This document shows positions 45,139-53,741 of a DNA stretch of 64,000 bases, one piece after another (the first letter of the stretch is position 1; each line of letters begins with the position of its first letter). Both the position numbers and the translations under genes were made by a program. The notes under the pieces were generated by a model. It saw only the letters and a program-made list of their open reading frames with translations. It had not been told where the DNA came from and searched no databases. The DNA comes from a bacterium (GTDB lineage Bacteria > Patescibacteriota > Minisyncoccia > UBA6257 > 02-FULL-45-10c): NCBI GenBank assembly GCA_030646915.1, contig JAUSKT010000012.1, positions 4,663-68,662 on the forward strand, written 5' to 3'.

Positions 45139-46581
45139 TTACGGGCAGGAGCTTTGGGCGCTTGGCAATTTTGCTTCCACGTCAGTTTTAATTTCATCTC
45201 TTTCTGCTTCGGCATCAGTTAATAATTTTTCCGCAGCTAACCCATCTAAAATTGGCTGGAGATTTGAAAATTGGGAAGCAAGTAAAAGAGAATCAGTATT
45301 TTCCGGATCGCTAAGATTGTCCACTGCTGTTTGCAGCTGGTCTAGCGCGCTTTGATTGTTATCAAATTCTTCATTTAACGCGGCGAGAGTGGCTTCTTCA
45401 ATTGACCTGTCAGTAATATTTGGAGGCAGGGTAGTGCAGTTCTCTATCGCGTTAACTAATTGATTTTGTAAATTCAGAGATTCAGTTATAAATTCCTGCG
45501 CTTTTTGCCTTGGTTCCAATGAAGTATTGATTTGAGTTAACATCGAGAATTTATCATTTTGATTTGAGGCATTATTTGCAATCTGCAATCTTGAGCAAGC
45601 AATAAATGCATCGCCAGTTAAGCCGGCGCACGGCGAAGAAAGAGTTGTTTTTGCCGGCGGCTTACTTAGGTCTTGGAGCCAGCTGATTCCTTGCTTGATA
45701 ACAAATTGATTAATTGCCGCGTTGGTAATGGCGGTAACATAAGTTGCAAAACGTTGGGCGCCGATAATTCGGTCAATTGGCGTTTTAATTGCAACAGTTT
45801 TTGCTGCCTCACCAACTATTCCTCCTGGAGTAGTAGTTACACAATGCGTTCCGTCTGGATCACATTTTTTAAAATTAAGAAATCCACCTCCCGCCATTGC
45901 TTCATTTTGAGCTGCTGATTTTGCATCAGCTTTTTTAGTCTCTAGTTCATCAAGAGCAATTAAGGTTGCTCCATAAAAGTTATTTACCGGCCTCCATGAT
46001 TCTTGATAAGCAATCCAGCCTCCTTTTTGAAAATCCTGGTAAAAATTTTCAATATTTTCAGTGATATCATCTAGCGTGCAAGTAATTTTGTTTTCGAAAT
46101 CCGTAACCGGCAAAAGCGCCAGCTGAATCTGAAGATTAAACGGCTTACACAAAACCCCTTTGCCGAGTTGCTGGGCGAATAATCCTACCGCTTTTTGCTC
46201 TGCGTCTTTCAGATAAGCATCCCAATCCACAACAAAGCTTCCTTTTCCGCCATTTTGAATCCAGCGGATCATTTGATTTACGATTTGATCCAGAACCGCA
46301 CTCCGAAGAGCTTCAAGGGCAGCTTCTGTGGCAAGAGTTCCCAACTCTTTTATCCATGTGCCATAAGTATTGAGATTAATCGCTGTTTGTTCAAAGCTTT
46401 GTTTTGGAATAGCAGGGATAGATAAGTTACTGAAAGCTACAAAATTAGGATCAGTAATGGAATTAATATTTGAACTAAATTGGGCCAATGCAGCTTTATT
46501 TTCAAAAAGAAAAGAAATTGGCGAATAAATTACCGAAGTTGCTACCAATAAGCTTAATATTTTAGAAATATTTTTTTTCAT
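45139..46581 (-). CDS. Hypothetical secreted protein (T4SS-like cluster)
   Basis: 480 aa with a signal peptide and a helical C-terminal part. Confidence 0.5.
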   Translation of the reverse strand: MKKNISKILSLLVATSVIYSPISFLFENKAALAQFSSNINSITDPNFVAFSNLSIPAIPKQSFEQTAINLNTYGTWIKELGTLATEAALEALRSAVLDQIVNQMIRWIQNGGKGSFVVDWDAYLKDAEQKAVGLFAQQLGKGVLCKPFNLQIQLALLPVTDFENKITCTLDDITENIENFYQDFQKGGWIAYQESWRPVNNFYGATLIALDELETKKADAKSAAQNEAMAGGGFLNFKKCDPDGTHCVTTTPGGIVGEAAKTVAIKTPIDRIIGAQRFATYVTAITNAAINQFVIKQGISWLQDLSKPPAKTTLSSPCAGLTGDAFIACSRLQIANNASNQNDKFSMLTQINTSLEPRQKAQEFITESLNLQNQLVNAIENCTTLPPNITDRSIEEATLAALNEEFDNNQSALDQLQTAVDNLSDPENTDSLLLASQFSNLQPILDGLAAEKLLTDAEAERDEIKTDVEAKLPSAQSSCP

Positions 46582-46584
46582 AAA

Positions 46585-47400
46585 TTATCCGTTAATTCCG
46601 GACTTCTTAATAAAAATTCCCAATTCTTCGCTTAAAGCCGTAAATTCTTTTTGCAATCCACCCAATTCTTGAGTAGCTAGAATTGCCACCATCGGATCTT
46701 CTTGGTAATTTTTGATGTTTTTATAAATATTGGCGCTAGTTCCCAAAAGCCCCATTTCCTTTTTATGTATAGCAAGAACCGAAGAAGGAACTCCTATTTT
46801 TTTAAATTCATCAAAACTAGATTGATAAATATTCGCTAAAATTTCGAAGGTTTTTGTATTAACGCTAGACGGGTCTGTGAAAATTTCAGGCGGAAATTTT
46901 CCCGCAGCATCATCAATGATTTTATTAAAAGCTAAAAGATAATTTATAAGCGCAGCCTTGCTATTGTCAGTAGAAATTTTTAAATCACTATTTTGGATTA
47001 TCGGCCGGAGAGATTTTGGATCAAAGTTTTTTTGGGCTTCAGTGATTAAATCATTGGAAATTTGATCCGGGTCAGGAGTATTAAGCCATGGTTCTCCGTC
47101 TAAAATTTCCGGACCATTGGGATTTGCCTCCACAATAGTTTGGGCAAGTTTGTTTGTAAATAAAGTGGTAAGATTTTTTGTTTCTTGGATTGAAGCCTGG
47201 GAAAGATTAGTCAATTTTTCAGTAGAGCCGGGGGTTTCTTGGATAATTTGATTTTGAGCAAGCTCTGGAGGTTTTGGAGTCGGATTTTGATTTAAAACCT
47301 GGGACTGATTAAGCCTATTATTATTTTGAATAACAAAAACCGCCCCGGCGATCCCGAGAGATATAATCGCGGTCACGGTAAAAGTTTTTATTAAACCCAT
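46585..47400 (-). CDS. Hypothetical membrane-anchored protein, first gene of the T4SS-like cluster
   Basis: 271 aa with a single N-terminal TM helix. Confidence 0.5.
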   Translation of the reverse strand: MGLIKTFTVTAIISLGIAGAVFVIQNNNRLNQSQVLNQNPTPKPPELAQNQIIQETPGSTEKLTNLSQASIQETKNLTTLFTNKLAQTIVEANPNGPEILDGEPWLNTPDPDQISNDLITEAQKNFDPKSLRPIIQNSDLKISTDNSKAALINYLLAFNKIIDDAAGKFPPEIFTDPSSVNTKTFEILANIYQSSFDEFKKIGVPSSVLAIHKKEMGLLGTSANIYKNIKNYQEDPMVAILATQELGGLQKEFTALSEELGIFIKKSGING

Positions 47401-47489
47401 TTTGCAGCTTCTTTATTATAAGTTATAAAAAAGAAGCCTAATTAGATTATACAGCCTTTTATTTATGGGTACTAGCCTAGTTAGTGGAT

Positions 47490-47695
47490 AAATGGAGGGC
47501 GTTCGCTATCTTATCTGCCTACCGGCACCGGCGTCGCTCTGCTCCTGCGGCAGAGCGCGCCTACCCCTCGGCGCTAAAACCGAGCACATAAAATTTATGT
47601 GCTCGGACCAAGCTTTTAGCGCCTCCGTAGTTGTCGCACGGCAGATAAATAGCTCACTTAGGCAGGTGTTGGCGAGAGAGTTGGTTGAGCGGAAT
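47490..47695. other. GC-rich highly structured intergenic segment (possible ncRNA or leader)
   Basis: Outer stem gctatcttatctgcc/ggcagataaatagc. Inner hairpins are cgctctgc/gcagagcg and ggcgctaaaa-ccgagcac...gtgctcgg-ttttagcgcc. Its 3' block gttggcgagagagttggttgagcg recurs (reverse complement) at 51812-51835. Confidence 0.5.
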
Positions 47696-47700
47696 TGTAG

Positions 47701-48543
47701 TTATCGGAAAATATTAGCCAGAGACTTTATTTGTTCCAGTGATAAATTTTGCGGACGATCTAGGGGGTTGATATTCAGAAATTGCAGGCTTTTTTTAATA
47801 TCTTCTTCTTTGGTTTTAAGACCAGTCCTAAGGTTATTAAAGATTGTTTTTCTCGGTTGTTTAAAAAGAATGTGGATTAATTTGTAGTAATTTTGCTGTA
47901 GTTGTCTGTGGTTATTTGTAGTTGTTTGTGGTTTTGTCGTTAGTTTAATTACTGCAGAATCTACTTCCGGCGGCGGATTAAAATCCGCCGGTTTTAAGCT
48001 AAAAAGTATTTTAGGTTCTGCCCAGAATTGGACAGCAGCTGCCAGCAGATTCATCCCGTTAGAGGCAGAGGCGCGCTGCGGGCCCTCGCGGCCTCTAACG
48101 GGATTCATTCTCCGGGGTTGGGAAACAATTCTTTCCGCAACTTCTTTTTGAATCATTAAAACAGAAATATTAGGCTTATTATTTAATTCACTTAAAACCC
48201 TTAGCAGTTTACCGGTAATATAGTAGGGAATGTTTCCTACAAGTTTAAAACTTGAAGAATCAAGTTTAAAGCAAATTTTTGACAATTCTTTTAGGGCATC
48301 TCCGTGGATAACTTCTATTTTTTCTTCATGTTTAATAAGTTTTACCGCAAGATCTCGGTCTTTTTCAATTGCAATTAATTTGCAGCCAACCTTTTTACAT
48401 TCTTCTAAAAGCGGAAAAGTCAGCGCTCCATCGCCTGGACCAATTTCAATAATTGTTTCTCCGGATTTTAAATCTAAATCAGCAATTATTTTTTTAATTG
48501 CAGATTTATTTGTAAGAAAATGCTGGCCTAATTGTTTATTCAT
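47701..48543 (-). CDS. rsmA: 16S rRNA (adenine1518/1519-N6)-dimethyltransferase RsmA/KsgA with an in-frame repeat insertion
   Basis: 280 aa with LGQHFL, the SAM motif EIGPGDGALT and NIPYYIT. An 18-codon insertion lies at 48049-48102. Confidence 0.9.
   Translation of the reverse strand: MNKQLGQHFLTNKSAIKKIIADLDLKSGETIIEIGPGDGALTFPLLEECKKVGCKLIAIEKDRDLAVKLIKHEEKIEVIHGDALKELSKICFKLDSSSFKLVGNIPYYITGKLLRVLSELNNKPNISVLMIQKEVAERIVSQPRRMNPVRGREGPQRASASNGMNLLAAAVQFWAEPKILFSLKPADFNPPPEVDSAVIKLTTKPQTTTNNHRQLQQNYYKLIHILFKQPRKTIFNNLRTGLKTKEEDIKKSLQFLNINPLDRPQNLSLEQIKSLANIFR
48054..48103 (-). mobile_element. TIR element, short GC-rich form (50 nt), in frame inside rsmA
   Basis: Flanked by the direct repeat ATGAAT (gene sense; 48049-48054 and 48103-48108). 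Translated as PVRGREGPQRASASNG. Confidence 0.85.
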
Positions 48544-48665
48544 CCCGTTAGAGACAGGTCATCTTTAGATGACCGTAACTCGGCCGCCTAAACGACTCCT
48601 GACGATTAATTATTGATTCTGATTTTATATATATATTAAACATAGTTTAGTTGTCTCTAACGGGA
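48543..48665 (-). mobile_element. TIR element, long subfamily C (123 nt), on the rsmA start codon
   Basis: Ends tcccgttagagac...gtctctaacggga with TGAA duplications. The internal frame has an early TAA at codon 8, then an in-frame ATG leading to the terminal TAA. Confidence 0.85.
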
Positions 48666-48676
48666 TTCATAATTCT

Positions 48677-50470
48677 TTACTCAATATAAATTGTTTCATC
48701 GTCCCAATCGGCATCCCTGGTTCCATAAGAAGTTATTTTTTTAAATTCAATTAATTCTGGGGGTATTTCTCCTAAAAATCTGGATGGCAGATTATAAAAA
48801 CTTATATATAAATTTTGTCTGGCTCTGGTCATGGCAACATACATCAATCGGCGCTCCTCTTCTATGTCGTGGCTTTTAAAGAAAGATCGTTCGTGCGGCA
48901 AAAGTCCGTCATTGGTTCCGATAATAAATACTTGGTTGAACTCCAGTCCTTTTGCGAGATGTATGGTCATCAATTTTACCGCATTTTCCTGCAATTTCGG
49001 CCGCCCATCCAGGCTTGATACCAAGGCAACTTGCTCTAAAAATTCATGGGCATCTTTGAAAGACGAAGCGAAATTAATCAATTCCCGGATGTTTTCTCTC
49101 CGTTCCTCCGGATTTTTAAAGTGTTTTTCCAGATATTCCAGATAATTGGTGTTTTCCAGAAAAAAATTTATTAATTCCACGATAGATAATTCTCCGGCAA
49201 GCCTCGGCAGTTCCGAAAGGAGGGCTGCGTTTTGGGGCTTGGTAAAAGTTTTTTTAAGCCGTTCAATGCTGGCGGCATCTTTCGGATTAAAGGCGTACCG
49301 GAGGCCGGCGATGATATCTTTGATTTCTTTTCTTGCGTAGAATTTTAATCCGCCGAAAATTTCGTAAGGAATTCCGCTTTGAATGAAGGCTTGTTCAATT
49401 GCCCGGGATTGCGCATTGGTTCTGTAAAGGATTGCTATTTCTTTTACGGTTTCGCCATTTTTAATGAGCTCTAAAATTTTATCTGCGACTCCAAACGCCT
49501 CTTCTTCGGCACTTGAAAATGCGGATAATTTTATTAATTCCCCTTCTTGATTTTGGGTCCAGAGGTCTTTTGGTTTTTGCAGCTTATTATTTTTAATCAG
49601 TTCGGAAGCGGCTCGGATTATATTTTTAGTGGATCGATAATTTTCTTCCAGTTTTATTACGGTTGCATCCCAATCTTTTTCAAAATTAAGAAAATTTCGG
49701 AAATCAGATCCTCGGAAAGCATAAATGCTTTGGGCGTCGTCCCCGATTACAAAAAGATTTTTATGCTTTCCGGCAAGCAGTTTAATCAAAAGGTACTGGC
49801 TGGTATTAACGTCCTGGAATTCATCTACTAAAATATGCTGCCATTTATTCTGGTATTTTTCCAAAATCTCTTTATCAGATTGGAAAATTTTAACTGGTTT
49901 TTCAATCAAGTCGTCAAAATCAAAAGCGTTGCTTTTTAAAAGCTCATCTTCATATTTTTTGAAAGCGGTTATTACTACTTTGTCGTAATGGCTTTCAGAT
50001 GCTAAATCCTCAATTTCTAAAAGTTCATTTTTAATTTGAGAAATTTTAGCCATTACGGTTAGTGGGCTAAAACGGTCTTTTGATAAATTCATTTCGAGCA
50101 GAATTTTTTTCAATAAGCTTAGGGCGTCATCTTCATCAAAAATTGTGAAGTTTTTAGCGCGCCCGACTTTCTCCGCTTCTTCTTTTAAAATTTGAACTCC
50201 TAGGGAGTGGAAGGTGCCAATAAATGGACTAATGGCAAGTGTTTTATGGCTGGCGACCCTGCTTCTCATTTCTTTCGCTGCTTTATTAGTAAAGGTAATG
50301 GCGATAATATTTTCCGGTTTTATGCCATTTTCCAATAAATAAATTAATCGGTTGGTAAGAGTTTTAGTTTTTCCTGATCCGGCGCCGGCGGCAATTAAAA
50401 TCGGGCCCCCGCTATGCGCGGCAGCCCTTTTTTGAACCTCATTTAATTCAGTAGTTTTTTTAGTATTCAT
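48677..50470 (-). CDS. UvrD/PcrA/Rep-family DNA helicase (short form)
   Basis: 597 aa with motifs I (AGAGSGKT), Ia, II (VDEFQD), III, V and VI (VAMTRAR). Confidence 0.9.
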   Translation of the reverse strand: MNTKKTTELNEVQKRAAAHSGGPILIAAGAGSGKTKTLTNRLIYLLENGIKPENIIAITFTNKAAKEMRSRVASHKTLAISPFIGTFHSLGVQILKEEAEKVGRAKNFTIFDEDDALSLLKKILLEMNLSKDRFSPLTVMAKISQIKNELLEIEDLASESHYDKVVITAFKKYEDELLKSNAFDFDDLIEKPVKIFQSDKEILEKYQNKWQHILVDEFQDVNTSQYLLIKLLAGKHKNLFVIGDDAQSIYAFRGSDFRNFLNFEKDWDATVIKLEENYRSTKNIIRAASELIKNNKLQKPKDLWTQNQEGELIKLSAFSSAEEEAFGVADKILELIKNGETVKEIAILYRTNAQSRAIEQAFIQSGIPYEIFGGLKFYARKEIKDIIAGLRYAFNPKDAASIERLKKTFTKPQNAALLSELPRLAGELSIVELINFFLENTNYLEYLEKHFKNPEERRENIRELINFASSFKDAHEFLEQVALVSSLDGRPKLQENAVKLMTIHLAKGLEFNQVFIIGTNDGLLPHERSFFKSHDIEEERRLMYVAMTRARQNLYISFYNLPSRFLGEIPPELIEFKKITSYGTRDADWDDETIYIE

Positions 50471-50561
50471 TTGTTATAATTCTTATATTATTAATATTTT
50501 ATATCAACAACTAGATAAAGCTAAATTATTTCTGGATTTTTTAAAAGATTGGACAACCGCA

Positions 50562-51539
50562 ATGACGGTTGTTTTTGTTGTGGCGATGTCTGCCTTTAAT
50601 TTAATCTTTATTGGGTATCTTAATCAATCAACAAGGATATCCGGAACGAGTCTTTTAAATCAAGATTTATTTCAGGAAAATTTAACTTATACCGGACTTG
50701 CTTCGGCAGAGGGATTGGGAATGGTGGATTCCAGTTTTGGCGGCGAAGCTAAAGAAACAAGATTTATTATTATTGAAAGCGATTCGCTTTTAAATTCAGG
50801 AAATCCCTTAAGTAACATCTTGCCTACCAGGGAAGGGCTTATAATTTATAAAATTCAAAAAGGCGACAATCTTTCCAGGATTGCCGCGAACTTTGGAATT
50901 TCTTTAAATACTATTTTGTGGGCGAATAATGATTTGAAAGTTAATTCCTTAAAGCCGGGACAGGAAATTGTTATTTTGCCGGTAACCGGCATTTTGCACC
51001 AAGTTCAGGAAGAAGAGACTTTAGAAAGCATCTCCGCTAAATATGAAGTTGCTTTGCAAAGAATTTTAAATGCCAATCCTGTTTTAGTTCCAGCAAAACT
51101 TTCGGCCGGCGCTACGATTATTATTCCCGATTCCAGTCCGATCCGCAATAATCAATCCAGCTTGACCAAGCTCCCGAATCTCGCAGGTTATTTTTCAATC
51201 CCGACTACCGGCTGGAATTGGGGCCAGCTCCATAATTATAATGCCGTGGATATTGCCAATGCCTGCGGTACGCCGATTTATGCGGCCGCAGAAGGATTAG
51301 TAGTGGAAGAATCTTCTGGCGGCTGGGGAGAGGGATATGGAACTTATATTGTTATTGAACATCCGAATGGCACAAAAACTAAATATGGCCATAATCAGAA
51401 AAATTTAGTTTCGGTCGGAGATTATGTTTTGAAGGGCGATCAAATCGGCACCATTGGAAATACTGGCTTAACTCACGGCCCGACCGGCTGTCATCTGCAT
51501 TTCGAAGTAAAAGGAGCTAAGAACCCTTTTTCTAAATAA
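50562..51539 (+). CDS. LysM-domain M23 family peptidoglycan endopeptidase
   Basis: 325 aa with an N-terminal TM, two LysM repeats (YKIQKGDNLSRIA, HQVQEEETLESIS) and M23 motifs (HLHFEV). Confidence 0.88.
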   Translation: MTVVFVVAMSAFNLIFIGYLNQSTRISGTSLLNQDLFQENLTYTGLASAEGLGMVDSSFGGEAKETRFIIIESDSLLNSGNPLSNILPTREGLIIYKIQKGDNLSRIAANFGISLNTILWANNDLKVNSLKPGQEIVILPVTGILHQVQEEETLESISAKYEVALQRILNANPVLVPAKLSAGATIIIPDSSPIRNNQSSLTKLPNLAGYFSIPTTGWNWGQLHNYNAVDIANACGTPIYAAAEGLVVEESSGGWGEGYGTYIVIEHPNGTKTKYGHNQKNLVSVGDYVLKGDQIGTIGNTGLTHGPTGCHLHFEVKGAKNPFSK

Positions 51540-51540
51540 T

Positions 51541-51840
51541 TTACTAACGCGATACAAGCCAATTTTATTCAGAACCAGGCAGGAGGAGCGAAATGTATCT
51601 TTAGATACACGAGCGACAACTAACGCAGTTATGGATAAAATTGGCTGTATCCCGGAGGGTTGCGATTAAATTTACTTATTACTTCGTTGCTCGTCGGAAA
51701 GGCAGCTATGGCTGCGATTTCCTCCTCGCGCCTTGTACTAACTAAATTTAATTTGCAACGCGTTTAGAAATTTTTTAGAAAAAGGGTTCTAGAACCCTTT
51801 TGCAAAATAACTTTCGCTCAACCAATTCTCTCGCCAACCG
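51541..51840. other. Intergenic block of dense nested/interleaved inverted repeats
   Basis: Paired segments include ctaacgcg/cgcgtttag, acaagccaattttat/ataaaattggctgt, gttgcgattaaattta/taaatttaatttgcaac, gcagc-tatg-gctgc, gtatc-ttta-gatac and aaagggttctagaaccctt. Confidence 0.5.
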
Positions 51841-52013
51841 CTGCTCTAGCATAAACAAAACTAATTCGCTCATAGCGGAAATTTATCACCCTAGTCATTC
51901 TTCCTGGGTATCCCGATAAATTTCCTATTCGCTCAAAGTTTTGTAATATGCCTATGCAATGTTGGCTTAAAAATTGGTTTCGCTTACTGGTTTTAACTTG
52001 GTTTGTAAAATAA
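51841..52013. repeat. About 175-nt structured hairpin repeat (copy 2 of 2, inverted relative to copy 1)
   Basis: The reverse complement aligns with 12703-12880. The same stems are present but with different base pairs (aggaaatttatc/gataaatttcc, ACCC/GGGT in place of GCCC/GGGC). Confidence 0.7.
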
Positions 52014-52062
52014 TTTTTTAAAAATAAAAAAGCCCCAATTTACGTTTCCGTAAACTGGGGCT
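52014..52062 (-). terminator. Rho-independent terminator of the beta-CASP gene
   Basis: Hairpin agccccaatttacg/cgtaaactggggct followed on the minus strand by a long T/A run. Confidence 0.7.
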
Positions 52063-52074
52063 AAAGATAATTTA

Positions 52075-53550
52075 TTAGTCTATCTGAATTTCTTTAAGAT
52101 GAACTGCTCTTTTGGCTGGAATATTCAAGTTGGCCGCTTTTATCCGCCGCTCGAAGCCGTTGTAGCTATCAGTATCGCCATGGTGGCCGATGACTAATTC
52201 TACCGGACAGTATTCTTCGTGCATGCGAACAATGCGCTCAACCAATTTATCCGCGGGATCATGTCCTGAGAGGGAAAAATGAGCAACCTCGCAGCTTACC
52301 GGTATGTTTTTGGTTATTTCCCGGCGCTCTTTGGCGTCCCAAGTATTCATTTTGACGTTGCCGCCCTTTTGAACCTTGAGAACCTGTTCGCCAACGCTAT
52401 TCGGGAAAACATAGCCAGTAAAAGCTACAGCCGCATTTCGATTGGGAAGAATCCTTTCCGCATGCACCACGCTCATTCCTTTATCCATCATTGCCGATGA
52501 GCTGATGATCGGAGAGGGCTTTCCCATCCCACAGCAGTTTCCAAGGTCAGTATCGTGCCGGTGAATTTCTTCGCCAACTCGATCTTCTTGGGCGCTTTCA
52601 GCTCCGAGTTTCTTATAGGGAATTGCCAATTTATTTTTAATCAATGCGTCCAGTTCCAACTTGATGTCTTGAGGACACCAAGTGTAATTTTGGTACATTT
52701 GGCAGAATTCTCTGACCATTCCATCTACGTGGCAGGCAATCCCAATATCTGTAAGATCTTTCAGGGTTCCCGGGCCGCGATCTCCGAAGGATGGCAGGAG
52801 TAAGGGCATTCTTTTTTCTATCCGGTCTTTTGCCCACTCTCGGAATTCCTTCCGAAGATTAGCCATCGGAGCTTTGAGCTCGCGGTTGCCATAGGTAGTT
52901 TCCGTGATAATGATTATCTTCCGATTTTTCAGCCGATCGCCGAAAAATTCTTTCGGCGGAAGCATTACGCCTTTTATCAGCGGCTGATCGTGGGAAGAAA
53001 TATCACCGGTCACAAGATAAGCAAGCCCATCGGGCGGAAGAATGATGATCATTGTTGCGCCGCGAGTGTGGCCAGCAGAATAGAATCCAAATTCCCATCC
53101 AGGCCAGATTTGATACCAGCCGGGCTTAGGGATTTTTTGTGAACGCTTGAATAATGAGCTTATATCTTCTTCGTTATAGAAAAACTGCTTTGCTTCGCCG
53201 CCAGCGCGGATAATCGCTTTTTGTTCATTATTATGGATTTTGAGAGAATCCTTAAGCATGATTTCAGCGCCTCTGCCGGTCGGCTCAGTCATAGCAATTA
53301 TTGCATTCGGATTCATCTTGGCGATAAACGGCAATCCGCCGGAATGATCCAGGTGATGATGAGTTAGAAGAATCAAATCCAGCTTAGTTGAGAGTTCGGT
53401 CATTTTTGAAAGATAATTGGCTTCGCCAGCGGCTTTGTTGCCGATGGCCATGCCAAAATCAATGCAGATATTTTTTCCAGAAATAGAAAGTAAGGTATTA
53501 GTATTGCCAGGAGCCAGCCTTTGTTCACCAGCCTGCATTATAAGGCTCAT
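52075..53550 (-). CDS. Beta-CASP metallo-beta-lactamase nuclease (second, divergent copy) in an accessory island
   Basis: MBL motif LTHHHLDHSG, with beta-CASP motifs after ITETTYG, HFSLSGH and GHHGD. The start is set at MSLIMQ (53550), which is preceded by AAGGAGG. The track start at 53616 has no SD. Confidence 0.8.
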   Translation of the reverse strand: MSLIMQAGEQRLAPGNTNTLLSISGKNICIDFGMAIGNKAAGEANYLSKMTELSTKLDLILLTHHHLDHSGGLPFIAKMNPNAIIAMTEPTGRGAEIMLKDSLKIHNNEQKAIIRAGGEAKQFFYNEEDISSLFKRSQKIPKPGWYQIWPGWEFGFYSAGHTRGATMIIILPPDGLAYLVTGDISSHDQPLIKGVMLPPKEFFGDRLKNRKIIIITETTYGNRELKAPMANLRKEFREWAKDRIEKRMPLLLPSFGDRGPGTLKDLTDIGIACHVDGMVREFCQMYQNYTWCPQDIKLELDALIKNKLAIPYKKLGAESAQEDRVGEEIHRHDTDLGNCCGMGKPSPIISSSAMMDKGMSVVHAERILPNRNAAVAFTGYVFPNSVGEQVLKVQKGGNVKMNTWDAKERREITKNIPVSCEVAHFSLSGHDPADKLVERIVRMHEEYCPVELVIGHHGDTDSYNGFERRIKAANLNIPAKRAVHLKEIQID

Positions 53551-53660
53551 CTTTACTACCTCCTTTTTTTTGCAAACAAAATTTTGCGGGTTGTCTTTCT
53601 CGTGTTGAATTTGCAAAGAACTTATCTGAAAAAACTTTTAATTTTCTCGGATAAATTCTC

Positions 53661-53718
53661 TGTTTTAAAAATTGAGCCCGGGCCCCGATACGATTTTCAT
53701 CGTACCGGGGCTCCGGGC
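53661..53718 (-). terminator. Long GC-rich terminator hairpin after 53742-54455
   Basis: gcccgggccccgatacgat-tttc-atcgtaccggggctccgggc, followed on the minus strand by an A/T run. Confidence 0.65.
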
Positions 53719-53741
53719 TTCTGTCCTGGCGCCGGTTACCC

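Noticed and set aside
47492-47887. 131-aa plus-strand ORF over the GC-rich structured intergenic segment.
   Set aside because: It has an Arg/Cys/Leu-rich composition and overlaps the 3' end of rsmA on the opposite strand. The region is better explained by nested hairpins.
48049-48108. Interpreting the elements as introns, BHB-type spliced inserts or translational-bypass (hop) elements, because of the matching codons on both sides.
   Set aside because: Intragenic copies are stop-free and a multiple of 3 in length, so plain translation suffices. No ribozyme or splice-site features or take-off stop codon were seen. The idea cannot be excluded without RNA data.
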